NCBI GenBank assembly: GCA_031418715.1
Contig: JANOJL010000003.1
Span: 58,201-122,200, forward strand
DNA from: Variovorax sp.
GTDB taxonomy: Bacteria > Pseudomonadota > Gammaproteobacteria > Burkholderiales > Burkholderiaceae_C
Length of the DNA: 64,000 nucleotides
Direction: 5' to 3'
The number at the start of each line of letters is the position of its first letter. The stretch's first letter is position 1. Below the pieces are notes generated by a model, which saw only the letters and a list, made by a program, of their open reading frames with translations, was not told the DNA's origin and made no database searches. Shown here piece by piece: positions 24,275 to 34,713 of this stretch. The position numbers and the translations under genes were made by a program.

Positions 24275-25210
24275 TTACAGGTTGTTGCCGCCGTTAAAAC
24301 TGAATCTGCGGCCATTTCCTGCGTTGCTTGAAGGATTCGCATAGCGGGTGTATCGCACATCAATGTTGTCGTACTGGAATTCAATCTCCTTATCGCCATT
24401 GGAGTAGAGATATTCTTCGTAATAGCCATCGACAACTGCGCCAGGCAGGGGCAATGCGAATGCCACCGGGGTGTGCGTACTTGGGTTGAGCGAATTACCT
24501 TGCCCAAATTGCGCCGTATCTAGGTTAAAGCTGATGAATTGAGCGAAGGTGCCCGTGCGGCCCGAATCCCAGCTCACAATGCTGCCGGTTTGCGTGTAAG
24601 AACCGTTATTGTTCACACTGAGAGCCACAGTCCCGGTGCTGCCCGTAACAATATTGCTGACCACACGCGCTTGGCTCAATGGCTGCTCAAGCGTCATGGT
24701 GGCCGTTGTGGGGCCTACCGTGCAAGAGTCAGAGTTGTATGCGGCACCAGAGGCTGGATAACTGGCGAACCCACTGTTGTTGTACATGTACATATATCTG
24801 GCATCTGCCGTACTGTAGTCCACTTCAAGATAAGTGCTTGAACCAGCGTCGCCGTAGACTTGGCGGTAATTGGTGTCTGCAAAGTTGATGCGTCCCAACT
24901 CAGCGACCGTGGCCGTGCCCAGCGCGCCGGAAAACACCATATCGCCGTTGCTTGAAATAACAAGCGTTGCCGATGTGATGGGGGTATTACCCACACCCAC
25001 ATAGCGCGCGCAACCCGATAAGGCAAAACTCTTTGAAGCTTCGCCCGTGGGCACAAACATATTGGCGCTAGCAAATGGCGATTCTGCTCGAACGGGTGGC
25101 TGGACACCCCCGCCCCCACCGGCAGCGGTTGTATCCCCACCACCACCGCAAGCGGCAAGCACAGCCGCAGCGCAAGCCACAAGCCAAGATTTATAAAAAG
25201 ATGAATGCAT
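24275..25210 (-). CDS. Hypothetical lipoprotein (no recognisable family)
   Basis: Lipobox LAAC-GGGG after MHSSFYKSWLVACAAAV. G/S/T/N/Y-rich and probably beta-rich. A hairpin plus T-run terminator lies downstream. Confidence 0.6.
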   Translation of the reverse strand: MHSSFYKSWLVACAAAVLAACGGGGDTTAAGGGGGVQPPVRAESPFASANMFVPTGEASKSFALSGCARYVGVGNTPITSATLVISSNGDMVFSGALGTATVAELGRINFADTNYRQVYGDAGSSTYLEVDYSTADARYMYMYNNSGFASYPASGAAYNSDSCTVGPTTATMTLEQPLSQARVVSNIVTGSTGTVALSVNNNGSYTQTGSIVSWDSGRTGTFAQFISFNLDTAQFGQGNSLNPSTHTPVAFALPLPGAVVDGYYEEYLYSNGDKEIEFQYDNIDVRYTRYANPSSNAGNGRRFSFNGGNNL

Positions 25211-25337
25211 GGCAATCCTTTGAGTAAGTGAATGAAAACTGGGTTGGCCTTGTTGACAAACCGCAGCGCAATATTAATCGCGCAACGAGTAAAAATACCA
25301 TTTACCCATGCCTCTTACCTATGAAAAACACAATATT

Positions 25338-25376
25338 TGTGAAATATTCCCAAATTTATGTGAAATATTCCCAAAT
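25338..25376. promoter_or_regulatory. Tandem direct repeat (2 x 18 nt, 21-bp phasing), candidate regulator-binding site
   Basis: tgtgaaatattcccaaat tta tgtgaaatattcccaaat, 130-165 nt upstream of the 24275..25210 lipoprotein gene. Confidence 0.5.
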
Positions 25377-25584
25377 CTTTGAGCTCCAAAGAAGCCTTGT
25401 AAATCAAGCAGGCGCAGCGATGCTGCGTCGATCACACGATGCAGATTTCTTGATTTGATGTTTCGGCGAGGTCTGTCGCCAAGCGCATCCTATGGCCATG
25501 GCATAGCCCGCGCGCGCACATGCGCACGCACGCCTGAGACGATTCGTCGCTTCAGGGCAAGAGAGATACCGCCGCGGTGGCGGC

Positions 25585-26793
25585 TTATTTGCGCTCGATG
25601 CTGGTGGCTACAACCAGACCGTCTTTTTTGACCCCAACGATGCGCACGCGCATGCCCGCGCGCAGGCCATCGAGCGCGACTTCATAGACAGGGATAACGG
25701 CAAGTCCAGTCGCGTCAAAGCGTTGCCCGCGTACGGTGATATTGCCGATACCAGCCATCGCTTCGATCACGCCTTCCACATCCACGGTTTTGAGTTCTTG
25801 CTCTGTGATGATCTTCACTTGGCTGGCAAGCAGCACACCACTGCTCCACTCGCCCTGCACCTGAATGCGCATGCCTTGCGTGATGGTTGTGCCTGCTGGC
25901 AAGACGCTGGCGCTGCTGATATCCACCACGCTGGCGCCTAGGGTCAAGCGCGTGCCCGAAATGTTTGACACGATGCCTTGGGATTCTGCGTAACCGGCGC
26001 TCAGCGCGGTGCTGCCGGCTTCGGCCAGCAAGGTGGTTTGAGTGACAGTCAACACCACAGGGCCCGTACCGCTCAATGTGCCCTGCACGCGGACCAACTG
26101 GCCATCCATCAAGCCATCGGGCACATTAGCCAGCGTCAGGCCATTGAGCGTCCATTGGCCTCTGCTCAAAATGGCTTTGCCTGTGCTCACGGTTTCCAGC
26201 GTCGGCTTCAGGAGCTCCAGCCGGGTGACCGTCCACTGCGTGAAATCAACACTGCTGGGCAAGCCCCAGGCCTTGACTACAGAATCGCTGCGCAAACCAG
26301 CGAGAGACTCAACGCCAACGAACACCGTGCCCGCATCCACCACCAGCGTCATGCCCGCCACGGTGATCGTGCCCGGTAATTGGATGTTGCTCACGACTCC
26401 CTGAGCAGCAGACCAAATTTCAATGCTGTTGGCTGCGCCCGAGGTGATGGCGGTGGGTGATACGCTTGAAGTCGTAGTTGCGAGCGTGCCCAGCACTTTA
26501 GCAGTCATGCCTAGCCGCAGAGCGCCGGGGTCGCCCGGCAAATCATCAAGGCGCACATCAGCGCCCGAATCTTCAAAACGGATGCCGTTGACAATCACGC
26601 TGCCAAAGCCTCTCACAGGCCCCATGGCGGTAACGGACGTCGGGCCGACAATGCCCGTGCCGCCCGTGCCAGGGAGAAACGCAGTGATCGTGCCACCTCC
26701 GCAACTGCTCAACAAAATAAACGCCAGCCCACAGACGGCTTGGCTCGCAAACCGATGCAATCGTTGGCTGCCCAACACAGAAGTGAGATTCAT
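25585..26793 (-). CDS. Lipoprotein with five DUF5666-like beta repeats
   Basis: Lipobox LSSC-GGG. Five repeats of G.V..I......tv.G..v...........L..G..V.V.G (for example QGVVSNIQLPGTITVAGMTLVVD, QGIVSNISGTRLTLGASVVD, EGVIEAMAGIGNITVRGQRFD). Its start overlaps the upstream stop (ATGA). Confidence 0.65.
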   Translation of the reverse strand: MNLTSVLGSQRLHRFASQAVCGLAFILLSSCGGGTITAFLPGTGGTGIVGPTSVTAMGPVRGFGSVIVNGIRFEDSGADVRLDDLPGDPGALRLGMTAKVLGTLATTTSSVSPTAITSGAANSIEIWSAAQGVVSNIQLPGTITVAGMTLVVDAGTVFVGVESLAGLRSDSVVKAWGLPSSVDFTQWTVTRLELLKPTLETVSTGKAILSRGQWTLNGLTLANVPDGLMDGQLVRVQGTLSGTGPVVLTVTQTTLLAEAGSTALSAGYAESQGIVSNISGTRLTLGASVVDISSASVLPAGTTITQGMRIQVQGEWSSGVLLASQVKIITEQELKTVDVEGVIEAMAGIGNITVRGQRFDATGLAVIPVYEVALDGLRAGMRVRIVGVKKDGLVVATSIERK

Positions 26794-27791
26794 GATTCGC
26801 TCTTATTCGAAGGTGTTTTGGGTTTTGCCTTGGTTTTCGTCACTGCAGGCATCTCCGCGCTATGAAAATACATGCCAAACCGCACCCGGTGGTTGGCCTC
26901 AGGCTTCTTGCGGCTGCGCTTCTCAGCGACGGTGGCTTTTTGCAGGAATTGCTGGAGCACGCGCGTCCACAAGAGGCGCGCGGTCTGCTCCAGTTCGCTC
27001 GCATCCTCGGCAGACAAGGTTTGCGAAAACGCACTTTGCTCCAGCATCGGCGGTCCCGCGCGATCCGGCTGAAGATTATGAACAGCGGTGGCCAAATGAT
27101 CGCTCACATTGGCGGCCAAGAAATGAAAGCTCTCGCTCAGGCCTTCTTGCGGCACAAACGCATCGCTTTGCAATTGCACGTGCGTCTCACTGGATTTGCT
27201 CACGATGCCCAAGCGCTCTAACTCATCGAGCACCGCGCGAGCGCCGATATCGCGGCTGACTTCAGCCACCAAACCCGTGAAATCGGGCTCGCCTGCGCTG
27301 GCGTAACGCGGCGTGCGCGCGAGAGCGCGGGCTTTGTTTTGGCTATTGAGGTAGGCGGGCTCACTGATCCAGCGGGCCACCACTTGTGCGCCAATCGACA
27401 TCAATGGGTCATAGCTTTCAAGCGCGGTTTTCGGCGCTTCCGTTTCGCGCAGCCGGCGCACATCTTTGCGGTGTACGCCCGTGAGGATGGCGATGCGGCT
27501 ATCGGTCATGGCGCGATCGGATGCCGATTGCTTCAGCGCGGCATCCACCATGGCTTTTTTAAGCATTTCCGTGATCGAGCCCAATTGCAAACTGTGGCTG
27601 ATGATGAGCTGCGCCAAGGGCTGCAAGAGCTGCTCCACCGCAGTGGCAGCATGCCCGGTGCCCATGGCATTCACGGCCAAAGCTTTGCCGCGCAGCTCGG
27701 CTCTGGCTTTGCGTTCGGGGGGAGATGCGGGCAGTCTTGGCACGGTGGGTTTGAGGGAAAGGGGTGTGGAACAGGGTATTTTCCACGACAC
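26790..27791 (-). CDS. Hypothetical HTH-containing protein (DUF6502-like; name from memory)
   Basis: Has an HTH-like segment MTDSRIAILTGVHRKDVRRLRE and a basic K-rich tail. It is translationally coupled to the lipoprotein gene. The start is uncertain (27791 or the internal MGTGH). Confidence 0.55.
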   Translation of the reverse strand: MSWKIPCSTPLSLKPTVPRLPASPPERKARAELRGKALAVNAMGTGHAATAVEQLLQPLAQLIISHSLQLGSITEMLKKAMVDAALKQSASDRAMTDSRIAILTGVHRKDVRRLRETEAPKTALESYDPLMSIGAQVVARWISEPAYLNSQNKARALARTPRYASAGEPDFTGLVAEVSRDIGARAVLDELERLGIVSKSSETHVQLQSDAFVPQEGLSESFHFLAANVSDHLATAVHNLQPDRAGPPMLEQSAFSQTLSAEDASELEQTARLLWTRVLQQFLQKATVAEKRSRKKPEANHRVRFGMYFHSAEMPAVTKTKAKPKTPSNKSES

Positions 27792-27866
27792 CGCCAGCGC
27801 AGCTGACTAGTTTGCTTGCCCTGTGCGTGCCCATGTTGGCATTTTTTGCGCCAAAAGTCAAAATTA

Positions 27867-27885
27867 CGTGAAAAATTCCCAAAAT
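27867..27885. promoter_or_regulatory. Third copy of the GTGAAAnATTCCCAAA motif
   Basis: cgtgaaaaattcccaaaat, ~75-95 nt upstream of the HTH-protein/DUF5666-lipoprotein operon. It is flanked by the imperfect inverted repeat gtcaaaatt...aaatttgac. Confidence 0.5.
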
Positions 27886-28007
27886 TTGACTGAGGATACC
27901 CATGCCTGCCCCATTGCGGCAAAGCTCTCGCAGGTCGATATACCAATCACGCCAACGGCTTCAAGCAGCTGGGTAGACAGCGGACTCCGGTCATCTTCAA
28001 CTCTTAA

Positions 28008-28058
28008 TTTGATAGCATGCTACGCATATTCTATAACGGCAAGAAGTCGAAAAAGCAT
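28008..28058 (+). repeat. Family-A repeat, copy 7
   Basis: tttgatagcatgctacgcatattctataacggcaagaagtcgaaaaagcatgaaaaaa. It lies next to the rpoD terminator. Confidence 0.8.
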
Positions 28059-28093
28059 GAAAAAACCGCCTCTGGGCAGCCCAGGGCGGTTTT
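28059..28093 (-). terminator. Rho-independent terminator after rpoD
   Basis: Minus strand: aaaaccgccctgg gctg cccagaggcggtttttt. Confidence 0.8.
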
Positions 28094-28112
28094 CTCGGAG
28101 GCGATCAGCGGA

Positions 28113-30314
28113 TTACTGATTGTCGACAAAGCTGCGCAGCTTGTCCGAGCGGCTTGGGTGCTTGAGCTTGCGCAGCGCCTTGGCTTCGATTTGGCGGATG
28201 CGCTCGCGCGTCACGTCAAATTGTTTGCCCACTTCTTCCAGCGTGTGATCAGTGGACATTTCAATACCGAAGCGCATGCGCAGCACCTTGGCTTCACGTG
28301 GTGTGAGAGAGTCCAAAATGTCTTTCACCACATCGCGCAGACCCGCTTGCATCGCAGCTTCCAGCGGCGCAGTGTTGGCGCTGTCTTCGATGAAATCACC
28401 CAAATGGCTGTCATCATCGTCGCCAATCGGTGTTTCCATCGAGATCGGCTCTTTGGCGATCTTCATGATCTTGCGAATCTTGTCTTCTGGAATTTCCATC
28501 TTCTCAGCGAGCAAGGCTGCATCTGGCTCAAAGCCAAACTCCTGCAAATGCTGACGGCTGATGCGGTTCATCTTGTTGATAGTTTCGATCATGTGCACCG
28601 GGATGCGGATCGTACGCGCTTGATCTGCGATGCTTCGCGTGATGGCTTGGCGAATCCACCAAGTCGCGTAGGTCGAGAATTTATAGCCACGACGGTATTC
28701 AAACTTATCCACCGCTTTCATCAAACCGATGTTGCCTTCTTGGATCAAATCCAAAAATTGCAAGCCACGATTCGTGTACTTTTTAGCAATCGAAATCACC
28801 AGGCGCAAATTGGCCTCGATCATCTCTTTCTTGGCATCGCGTGAGTTGCGCTCGCCATCGTTCATGCGCTTGTTGATGTCTTTCAAATCTTCCAGCGGCA
28901 CCACCACGCGCGACTGCAGGCTGATCAGCTTGTTCTGCAACTCTTGCACTGGCGGCACATAGCGAGCCATGGTCACAGACCAGTTTTTACCCGCTTTAGA
29001 TTGCGTCTCGATCCATTTCAAATCAAGCAAATGGCTGGTGACTTTCTTACCCATCTTGTCGCGGCCAGAAAACTCTTCTGCGAATTTTTCTTGCGGGTAG
29101 CCGCACTTTTCCACAATGATCTTGCGCATCTCACGCTCCACCTTGCGCACATCCGACACCTGACCGCGAACCATTTCACAGAGGCGCTCAATCGTCTTCG
29201 CGGTAAAGCGAATCAGCATCAGCTCATCCGTGACGGCTTTTTGCGCCTTCATGTAGGCGGTCGTACCGTAGCCTTCTTTGTCGTACGATTTGTGCAATTT
29301 CTCAAAGTGACCACGAATCACTTCAAAGCGGCTAAAAGCTTCAACTTGCAGCTCTTCCAAGCGCTTGGTCATGGCCTTGTTGGCTTTTGCTTCTTCGTCG
29401 CCTTCGCTATCGTCGTATTCGTCAAAATCCTCTTCAGCCACGAAGTCATCTGCGGCGTTCGGATTGGCAAAGCCATCCACCACGGCAGAAATCAAGACTT
29501 TCTTGATCTGCACTTCGCTCATCATGTTGAAGATTTCTTGGATCGTGGCTGGGCTGTGCGAGATGGCTTCCATCATCGCGTTCAGGCCACCCTCAATGCG
29601 CTTGGCAATCTCAATCTCGCCTTCGCGCGTGAGCAGCTCTACCGTACCCATCTCGCGCATGTACATGCGCACGGGATCCGTGGTGCGGCCAAATTCGGAA
29701 TCTACTGTAGAAAGTGCCGCCTCGGCTTCTTCTTCGGCTTCCTCTTCTGTGGAGGCGGTCGGCGTGTTGTTGTTGAGCAGCAGGGTTTCAGCGTCTGGGG
29801 TTTGCTCGTAGACAGCAATGCCCATGTCATTGAGAAGCGAATAGACCACTTCCAATGTTTCGGCATCGACCAGCTTGTCGGGCAAGTGATCGTTGATCTC
29901 GGAATGCGTCAGGAAGCCGCGTGTTTTGCCGAGTTTGATCAGGGCTTTCAGGCGCACGCGGCGCTTGGCCAAATCTTCCTCTGAGAGCACCGTTTCGTCT
30001 AAACCGAATTCTTTCATCAAGGCGCGTTCTTTCGCCTTGGAAAGCTTCATGCGCAGCGGCTTGACCTTCTCGCCATCCTCACCGATGACGACAGCGACCG
30101 GCTCTGGCGCTTCGTCGATATACGCGTCTATTTCAACATCATCTTCCGTGTTGATACTTCCCTTTGGCTTAGGGCCACGCTTAGCGCCCATCTTCTTCTC
30201 GGGCGCTGCTTTGGCGGCAGGCTTAGCCGCTGGCTTGACCACCACGACTTTGGCCTTTGGATCAGCCTTGGCAGGTACTTTTACGGCGGGTTTGGCGGGG
30301 GGTTTGCTCGGCAT
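28113..30314 (-). CDS. rpoD: RNA polymerase sigma factor RpoD
   Basis: Regions 1.2-4.2 are present ([27 protein letters not shown]; [27 protein letters not shown]). It has a K/A/P-rich N-terminal extension. ATG 30314 chosen. Confidence 0.96.
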   Translation of the reverse strand: MPSKPPAKPAVKVPAKADPKAKVVVVKPAAKPAAKAAPEKKMGAKRGPKPKGSINTEDDVEIDAYIDEAPEPVAVVIGEDGEKVKPLRMKLSKAKERALMKEFGLDETVLSEEDLAKRRVRLKALIKLGKTRGFLTHSEINDHLPDKLVDAETLEVVYSLLNDMGIAVYEQTPDAETLLLNNNTPTASTEEEAEEEAEAALSTVDSEFGRTTDPVRMYMREMGTVELLTREGEIEIAKRIEGGLNAMMEAISHSPATIQEIFNMMSEVQIKKVLISAVVDGFANPNAADDFVAEEDFDEYDDSEGDEEAKANKAMTKRLEELQVEAFSRFEVIRGHFEKLHKSYDKEGYGTTAYMKAQKAVTDELMLIRFTAKTIERLCEMVRGQVSDVRKVEREMRKIIVEKCGYPQEKFAEEFSGRDKMGKKVTSHLLDLKWIETQSKAGKNWSVTMARYVPPVQELQNKLISLQSRVVVPLEDLKDINKRMNDGERNSRDAKKEMIEANLRLVISIAKKYTNRGLQFLDLIQEGNIGLMKAVDKFEYRRGYKFSTYATWWIRQAITRSIADQARTIRIPVHMIETINKMNRISRQHLQEFGFEPDAALLAEKMEIPEDKIRKIMKIAKEPISMETPIGDDDDSHLGDFIEDSANTAPLEAAMQAGLRDVVKDILDSLTPREAKVLRMRFGIEMSTDHTLEEVGKQFDVTRERIRQIEAKALRKLKHPSRSDKLRSFVDNQ

Positions 30315-30570
30315 GCGAAGACCTTTGGGAATAACCATCAAAACAGATACGTAAGCCAAGGCAAATCAGAGCCAAGGCAGCAAGTATCAAGGGGGCAGCA
30401 CAAACTTTTTGGGGCGAACATTTGGTGTGCAGTCCTTGCGTGTGAGGCGTTGACACGGGGGTCATTTGAGCAAAATGCTCGATGCCTACGGAGGTGCTGC
30501 TGTCGCGTTTATGCTGTTGTTACAAGGATTATACCAAGCGCCTGCTCTTTGCGCTGATCAAAGGCGGGGC

Positions 30571-31203
30571 TTACGTCTCAAACTGCGCTTCATTCTTGCC
30601 TTTGAACGGTGCATAAAACGCCTTGATGGCCGTCATGTCTTTTTCAATATCACCAGTGGGATAAAACAAAGGCCCCAAGCCACTGCGCTTTTGCGAATAA
30701 TCCATATAGGCCATCATGATCGGCACTTTGGCCGTTTGAGCGATGTAGTAAAAGCCCGTTTTCCAATAGCGCGTTTTGCTGCGCGTGCCCTCCGGCGGCA
30801 CGATCAGCTGGACCGAGCCATCTGCATCTAGCAAAGCCTGCGCAGAACTCGCCACGAGGTTGGTGGATTGCTCCCGGTTCACAGGAACACCGCCTAGCCA
30901 CATCATGATGCCGCGAAACGGCGGTTTGAAAATACTGCTCTTGCCCATCCAATAAATATTCAACCGCAAGGCAAAGCAAACCATCAGCGTGTAGGGCAGA
31001 TCCCAATTGCTGGTGTGGGGCGCAGCGATCAAAACGCTCTTGCTGGCCTCTGGTGGAAGGCTTCCCTCAATCTTCCAGCCTGTGATTTTTAGAAAGGCAA
31101 TGGAGCCTAGGCGCAAGAGAGTGTTGACCACAGGTGTGGTGAAGATAGTGCGATGCATGGATTGAGTATCGTTGTTTTGAATGACCCAGTTTTTAACGGC
31201 CAT
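30571..31203 (-). CDS. Lysophospholipid (1-acyl-sn-glycerol-3-phosphate) acyltransferase family protein
   Basis: HX4D motif HTSNWD and PEGTRS. The start is ambiguous (31260, 31203 or 31158). Confidence 0.7.
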   Translation of the reverse strand: MAVKNWVIQNNDTQSMHRTIFTTPVVNTLLRLGSIAFLKITGWKIEGSLPPEASKSVLIAAPHTSNWDLPYTLMVCFALRLNIYWMGKSSIFKPPFRGIMMWLGGVPVNREQSTNLVASSAQALLDADGSVQLIVPPEGTRSKTRYWKTGFYYIAQTAKVPIMMAYMDYSQKRSGLGPLFYPTGDIEKDMTAIKAFYAPFKGKNEAQFET

Positions 31204-31302
31204 TGTGTGGGCACGCTGTATCTGGGCTCGCGATAGCCCATATCGCCTCTTGCGCCTCAAGCTGGCGCTTTGAGCTTGGGCTCGCGACTGGCCAACCCAG
31301 TG

Positions 31303-31839
31303 TTATTTTTTATCCGCTAAATAAGCCGCCATGCCATCGGTGATTTCTTTGTGCGCAGAATCCACGCCTTCCCAACCGAGCACTTTGACCCACTTGCCCT
31401 CTTCCAAATCTTTGTAGTGCTCAAAGAAATGCGAGATGGTTTTCAGGCGCAGGGGGTTCATGTCTTCGGGGGTTTTCCATTGCGTGTACAGGCTGCATTT
31501 TTTGTCAATCGGCACCGCCAACAATTTCCCGTCTTCACCCGCTTCATCTTCCATCTTCAAAATGCCAATCGCACGGCAGGTAATCACCACGCCGGGGATC
31601 AAAGGCACGGGTGTGATCACCAACACATCGACTGGATCGCCATCGCCAGAAAGCGTTTTGGGGATGTAGCCGTAGTTGGTCGGGTAATGCATGGCGGTGC
31701 TCATGAAACGATCTACGAAGATCGCGCCAGATTCTTTGTCGACCTCGTATTTGATCGGGTCGGCATTCATCGGAATTTCGATGATCACGTTGAACTCATG
31801 CGGGGCGTTTTTTCCTGGATTGACTGCGTCGAGGGACAT
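31303..31839 (-). CDS. ppa: Inorganic pyrophosphatase, soluble family I
   Basis: 178 aa with [19 protein letters not shown], the family I PPase signature. Confidence 0.95.
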   Translation of the reverse strand: MSLDAVNPGKNAPHEFNVIIEIPMNADPIKYEVDKESGAIFVDRFMSTAMHYPTNYGYIPKTLSGDGDPVDVLVITPVPLIPGVVITCRAIGILKMEDEAGEDGKLLAVPIDKKCSLYTQWKTPEDMNPLRLKTISHFFEHYKDLEEGKWVKVLGWEGVDSAHKEITDGMAAYLADKK

Positions 31840-32064
31840 GTTGGTCTCTTTATAAAAATAATGACAAAACTAAGCTGGTATTAACCCTGATTTTACTGAT
31901 GCAAAGCTTGTAAAAGCGCGAATCTGTCACGTTTTCAGGCTAAATTCCGCTCGTTGGCCAATTGTCTGCGATTTCTTGGATGAATGTGGATGAGGAAGCA
32001 ACGCGGCGGGTGTGATACCTCACGTGTTGCGCCCTCTACGTAAAACCAAATGGAGATACTTAAT

Positions 32065-34605
32065 ATGACAGGCAATACAGCACTGATCCTTGTGCTTCTT
32101 TGCGGTCTGGCCGCCGTGGTCTACGGCGTTTGGGCGCGAAGCTGGATTCTTTCTCAAGACGCAGGCAATGCCCGCATGCAAGAGATTGCAGCGGCTATCC
32201 AATCTGGTGCAGCTGCCTATCTGGCGCGGCAATACAAAAGCATCACCATCGTGGGCGTTGTGCTAACGATTCTGATTGGCTTGTTCCTTGATGGCATGTC
32301 GGCTTTAGGCTTTGTGGTAGGCGCGGTGCTCTCGGGCGCTTGCGGCTTTATCGGCATGAATGTGTCGGTGCGCGCTAACGTGCGCACAGCACAAGCAGCC
32401 ACCAAAGGCATTGGCCCCGCGCTTGACGTTGCCTTCCGTGGCGGCGCAATCACCGGCATGCTGGTGGTGGGCTTAGGTCTGCTTGGCGTGACCATTTTTT
32501 ATTGGTTCTTGGTCGGTAATGGCGCGATGACGCCGGATAAAAACCTCGCTAAATTGCTCAACCCTCTGATCGGCTTTGCCTTTGGCTCATCGCTGATCTC
32601 CATCTTCGCCCGTCTGGGTGGCGGCATTTTCACCAAGGGCGCTGATGTGGGCGCAGATCTGGTCGGCAAAGTGGAAGCTGGCATCCCAGAAGATGATCCA
32701 CGTAACCCCGCCGTGATTGCCGATAACGTGGGCGACAACGTGGGCGATTGCGCCGGCATGGCCGCTGACTTGTTTGAAACCTATGCAGTGACGCTGATCG
32801 CCACCATGGTGCTGGGCGCTTTACTGCTCACCAGCTCCGGTACAGCTGCTGTGATCTACCCGCTGATGTTGGGCGGCGTGTCGATCATCGCTTCCATCAT
32901 TGGTTGCTTCTTCGTCAAGGCCTCGCCCGGCATGAAGAACGTGATGCCTGCGCTTTACAAAGGCTTGGCAGTGGCTGGCGGCTTGTCGCTGATCGCCTTT
33001 TATTTCGTGACCGTGGCCATCATGCCCGACAACGCGATCAAGGCCAGCGGCACGCAAATGGCGCTGTTTGCTTCTTGCGCAGTTGGCTTGATTTTGACGG
33101 GCGCTTTGGTCTGGGTGACTGAGTACTACACCGGAACGCAGTACGCACCTGTGAAGCACATTGCACAAGCCTCGACCACCGGCCACGGCACCAACATCAT
33201 TGCTGGGTTGGGCGTATCCATGCGCTCGACTGCATGGCCTGTGATTTTTGTGTGTATCGCCATTTGGTGCTCTTATTCGCTCGCTGGACTGTATGGCATT
33301 GCGATTGCTGCTACCTCTATGCTGAGCATGGCCGGTATTGTTGTGGCGCTGGACGCATACGGCCCGATCACCGACAACGCGGGCGGCATTGCCGAGATGG
33401 CCGAGTTGCCAGCCTCTGTGCGCGAAGTGACTGACCCACTGGACGCCGTGGGTAACACCACCAAAGCCGTGACCAAGGGGTATGCGATTGGCTCAGCTGG
33501 TTTGGCTGCGCTGGTGCTGTTTGCTGACTACACCCACAAGCTGGAAGCTTATGGCAAGGTCATCAGCTTTGATTTGAGCAACCCGATGGTCATCATTGGC
33601 CTGTTTATCGGTGGCTTGATTCCTTACCTCTTTGGCGCGATGGCGATGGAGGCCGTGGGCCGCGCTGCGGGCTCTGTGGTGGTTGAAGTGCGTCGCCAGT
33701 TTGCTGACGGCCAAATCATGGCTGGCAAGCGCAAGCCAGATTACAGCGCTGCGGTAGACATGCTCACCACGGCTGCAATCAAAGAAATGATGATCCCTTC
33801 GCTGCTGCCCGTGGTGGTACCAGTCGTGGTGGGCTTGGCTTTGGGCCCTGCTGCGCTGGGCGGCTTGCTCATGGGCACGATTGTGACCGGCCTGTTTGTG
33901 GCGATTTCTATGTGTACCGGTGGCGGCGCTTGGGACAATGCCAAGAAACTCATCGAAGACAGCTTCGTTGACAAAGACGGCGTGGCCCACAAAAAGGGAG
34001 GAGACACCCACAAAGCCGCTGTCACGGGCGACACTGTGGGTGATCCATACAAAGACACTGCTGGCCCAGCCATCAACCCTTTGATCAAGATCATCAACAT
34101 CGTGGCGCTTCTGATCGTGCCATTGATGATGTCGATCCATGGCAAGCCAGCACCTGTGGCGGTTGTGGCTGCGCCTGTTGCAGCGGTTGCGGCGGCCGCG
34201 ACTCCGGCTGCTGTGGCTGCTCCAGTCGTTGCGGCTGCGGCGCCAGTGGCCTCAGCTGCTGCACCTGCTGGTGATGCAGCTAGCGTGAAGGTCGATGGCG
34301 GCGTGGTGAAGTTTTACTTCGCTCCCGGCAAAATGGAACTCGCTCAAGACGGTGCCAAAGCTTTGGCGCAGATCATCGAAGCCGCCAAGAGCGGTAAGAA
34401 GGTCGGTCTCAGCGGCTATGTGGATCCAAGCGGAGATGCTGCGAAAAATGCCGAGTTGGCCAAGCAACGCGCCTTCGCTGTGCGCGATCTGCTGAAAGCC
34501 TCCGGTGTGCCCGAAGGCCAAATCGTCTTGGTTCGCCCCAATGACATCAAAGAAGGCTCGACCTCTGCTGCCGAAGGCCGCCGGGTTGAAGTGTTCATGA
34601 TCTAA
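32065..34605 (+). CDS. hppA: Membrane-bound proton/sodium-translocating pyrophosphatase fused to a C-terminal OmpA-like domain
   Basis: M-PPase motifs [39 protein letters not shown] and [20 protein letters not shown]. The core is followed by an A/P/V-rich linker (34141-34290) and an OmpA_C-like module (34291-34602; [10 protein letters not shown]...[29 protein letters not shown]...GRRVEV). ATG 32065 follows GGAGA. Confidence 0.9.
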   Translation: MTGNTALILVLLCGLAAVVYGVWARSWILSQDAGNARMQEIAAAIQSGAAAYLARQYKSITIVGVVLTILIGLFLDGMSALGFVVGAVLSGACGFIGMNVSVRANVRTAQAATKGIGPALDVAFRGGAITGMLVVGLGLLGVTIFYWFLVGNGAMTPDKNLAKLLNPLIGFAFGSSLISIFARLGGGIFTKGADVGADLVGKVEAGIPEDDPRNPAVIADNVGDNVGDCAGMAADLFETYAVTLIATMVLGALLLTSSGTAAVIYPLMLGGVSIIASIIGCFFVKASPGMKNVMPALYKGLAVAGGLSLIAFYFVTVAIMPDNAIKASGTQMALFASCAVGLILTGALVWVTEYYTGTQYAPVKHIAQASTTGHGTNIIAGLGVSMRSTAWPVIFVCIAIWCSYSLAGLYGIAIAATSMLSMAGIVVALDAYGPITDNAGGIAEMAELPASVREVTDPLDAVGNTTKAVTKGYAIGSAGLAALVLFADYTHKLEAYGKVISFDLSNPMVIIGLFIGGLIPYLFGAMAMEAVGRAAGSVVVEVRRQFADGQIMAGKRKPDYSAAVDMLTTAAIKEMMIPSLLPVVVPVVVGLALGPAALGGLLMGTIVTGLFVAISMCTGGGAWDNAKKLIEDSFVDKDGVAHKKGGDTHKAAVTGDTVGDPYKDTAGPAINPLIKIINIVALLIVPLMMSIHGKPAPVAVVAAPVAAVAAAATPAAVAAPVVAAAAPVASAAAPAGDAASVKVDGGVVKFYFAPGKMELAQDGAKALAQIIEAAKSGKKVGLSGYVDPSGDAAKNAELAKQRAFAVRDLLKASGVPEGQIVLVRPNDIKEGSTSAAEGRRVEVFMI

Positions 34606-34625
34606 AGCCCTCCAGCTTCAGCTCA

Positions 34626-34656
34626 AAGCCGCAGATTTATTTCTGCGGCTTTTTTG
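34626..34656 (+). terminator. Rho-independent terminator after hppA
   Basis: aaagccgcaga tttatt tctgcggctttttt. Confidence 0.85.
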
Positions 34657-34713
34657 TTGTCTTTTAACGCATTCCTGCGTTAAATTCAGATCATTATTCT
34701 TAAGGAGATTGTT

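Noticed and set aside
25338-25376. The tandem repeats at 25338-25376 and 61899-61961, considered as a CRISPR array or iterons of a plasmid origin.
   Set aside because: There are only 2-3 units with a 21-bp period and no unique spacers. No cas or rep genes are nearby. They are more consistent with regulator-binding arrays.
28113-30314. The K/A/P-rich ~130-aa N-terminal extension of RpoD, considered as a novelty.
   Set aside because: From memory, long basic or low-complexity N-termini are a common feature of Burkholderiales RpoD proteins. It is not unusual for this lineage.
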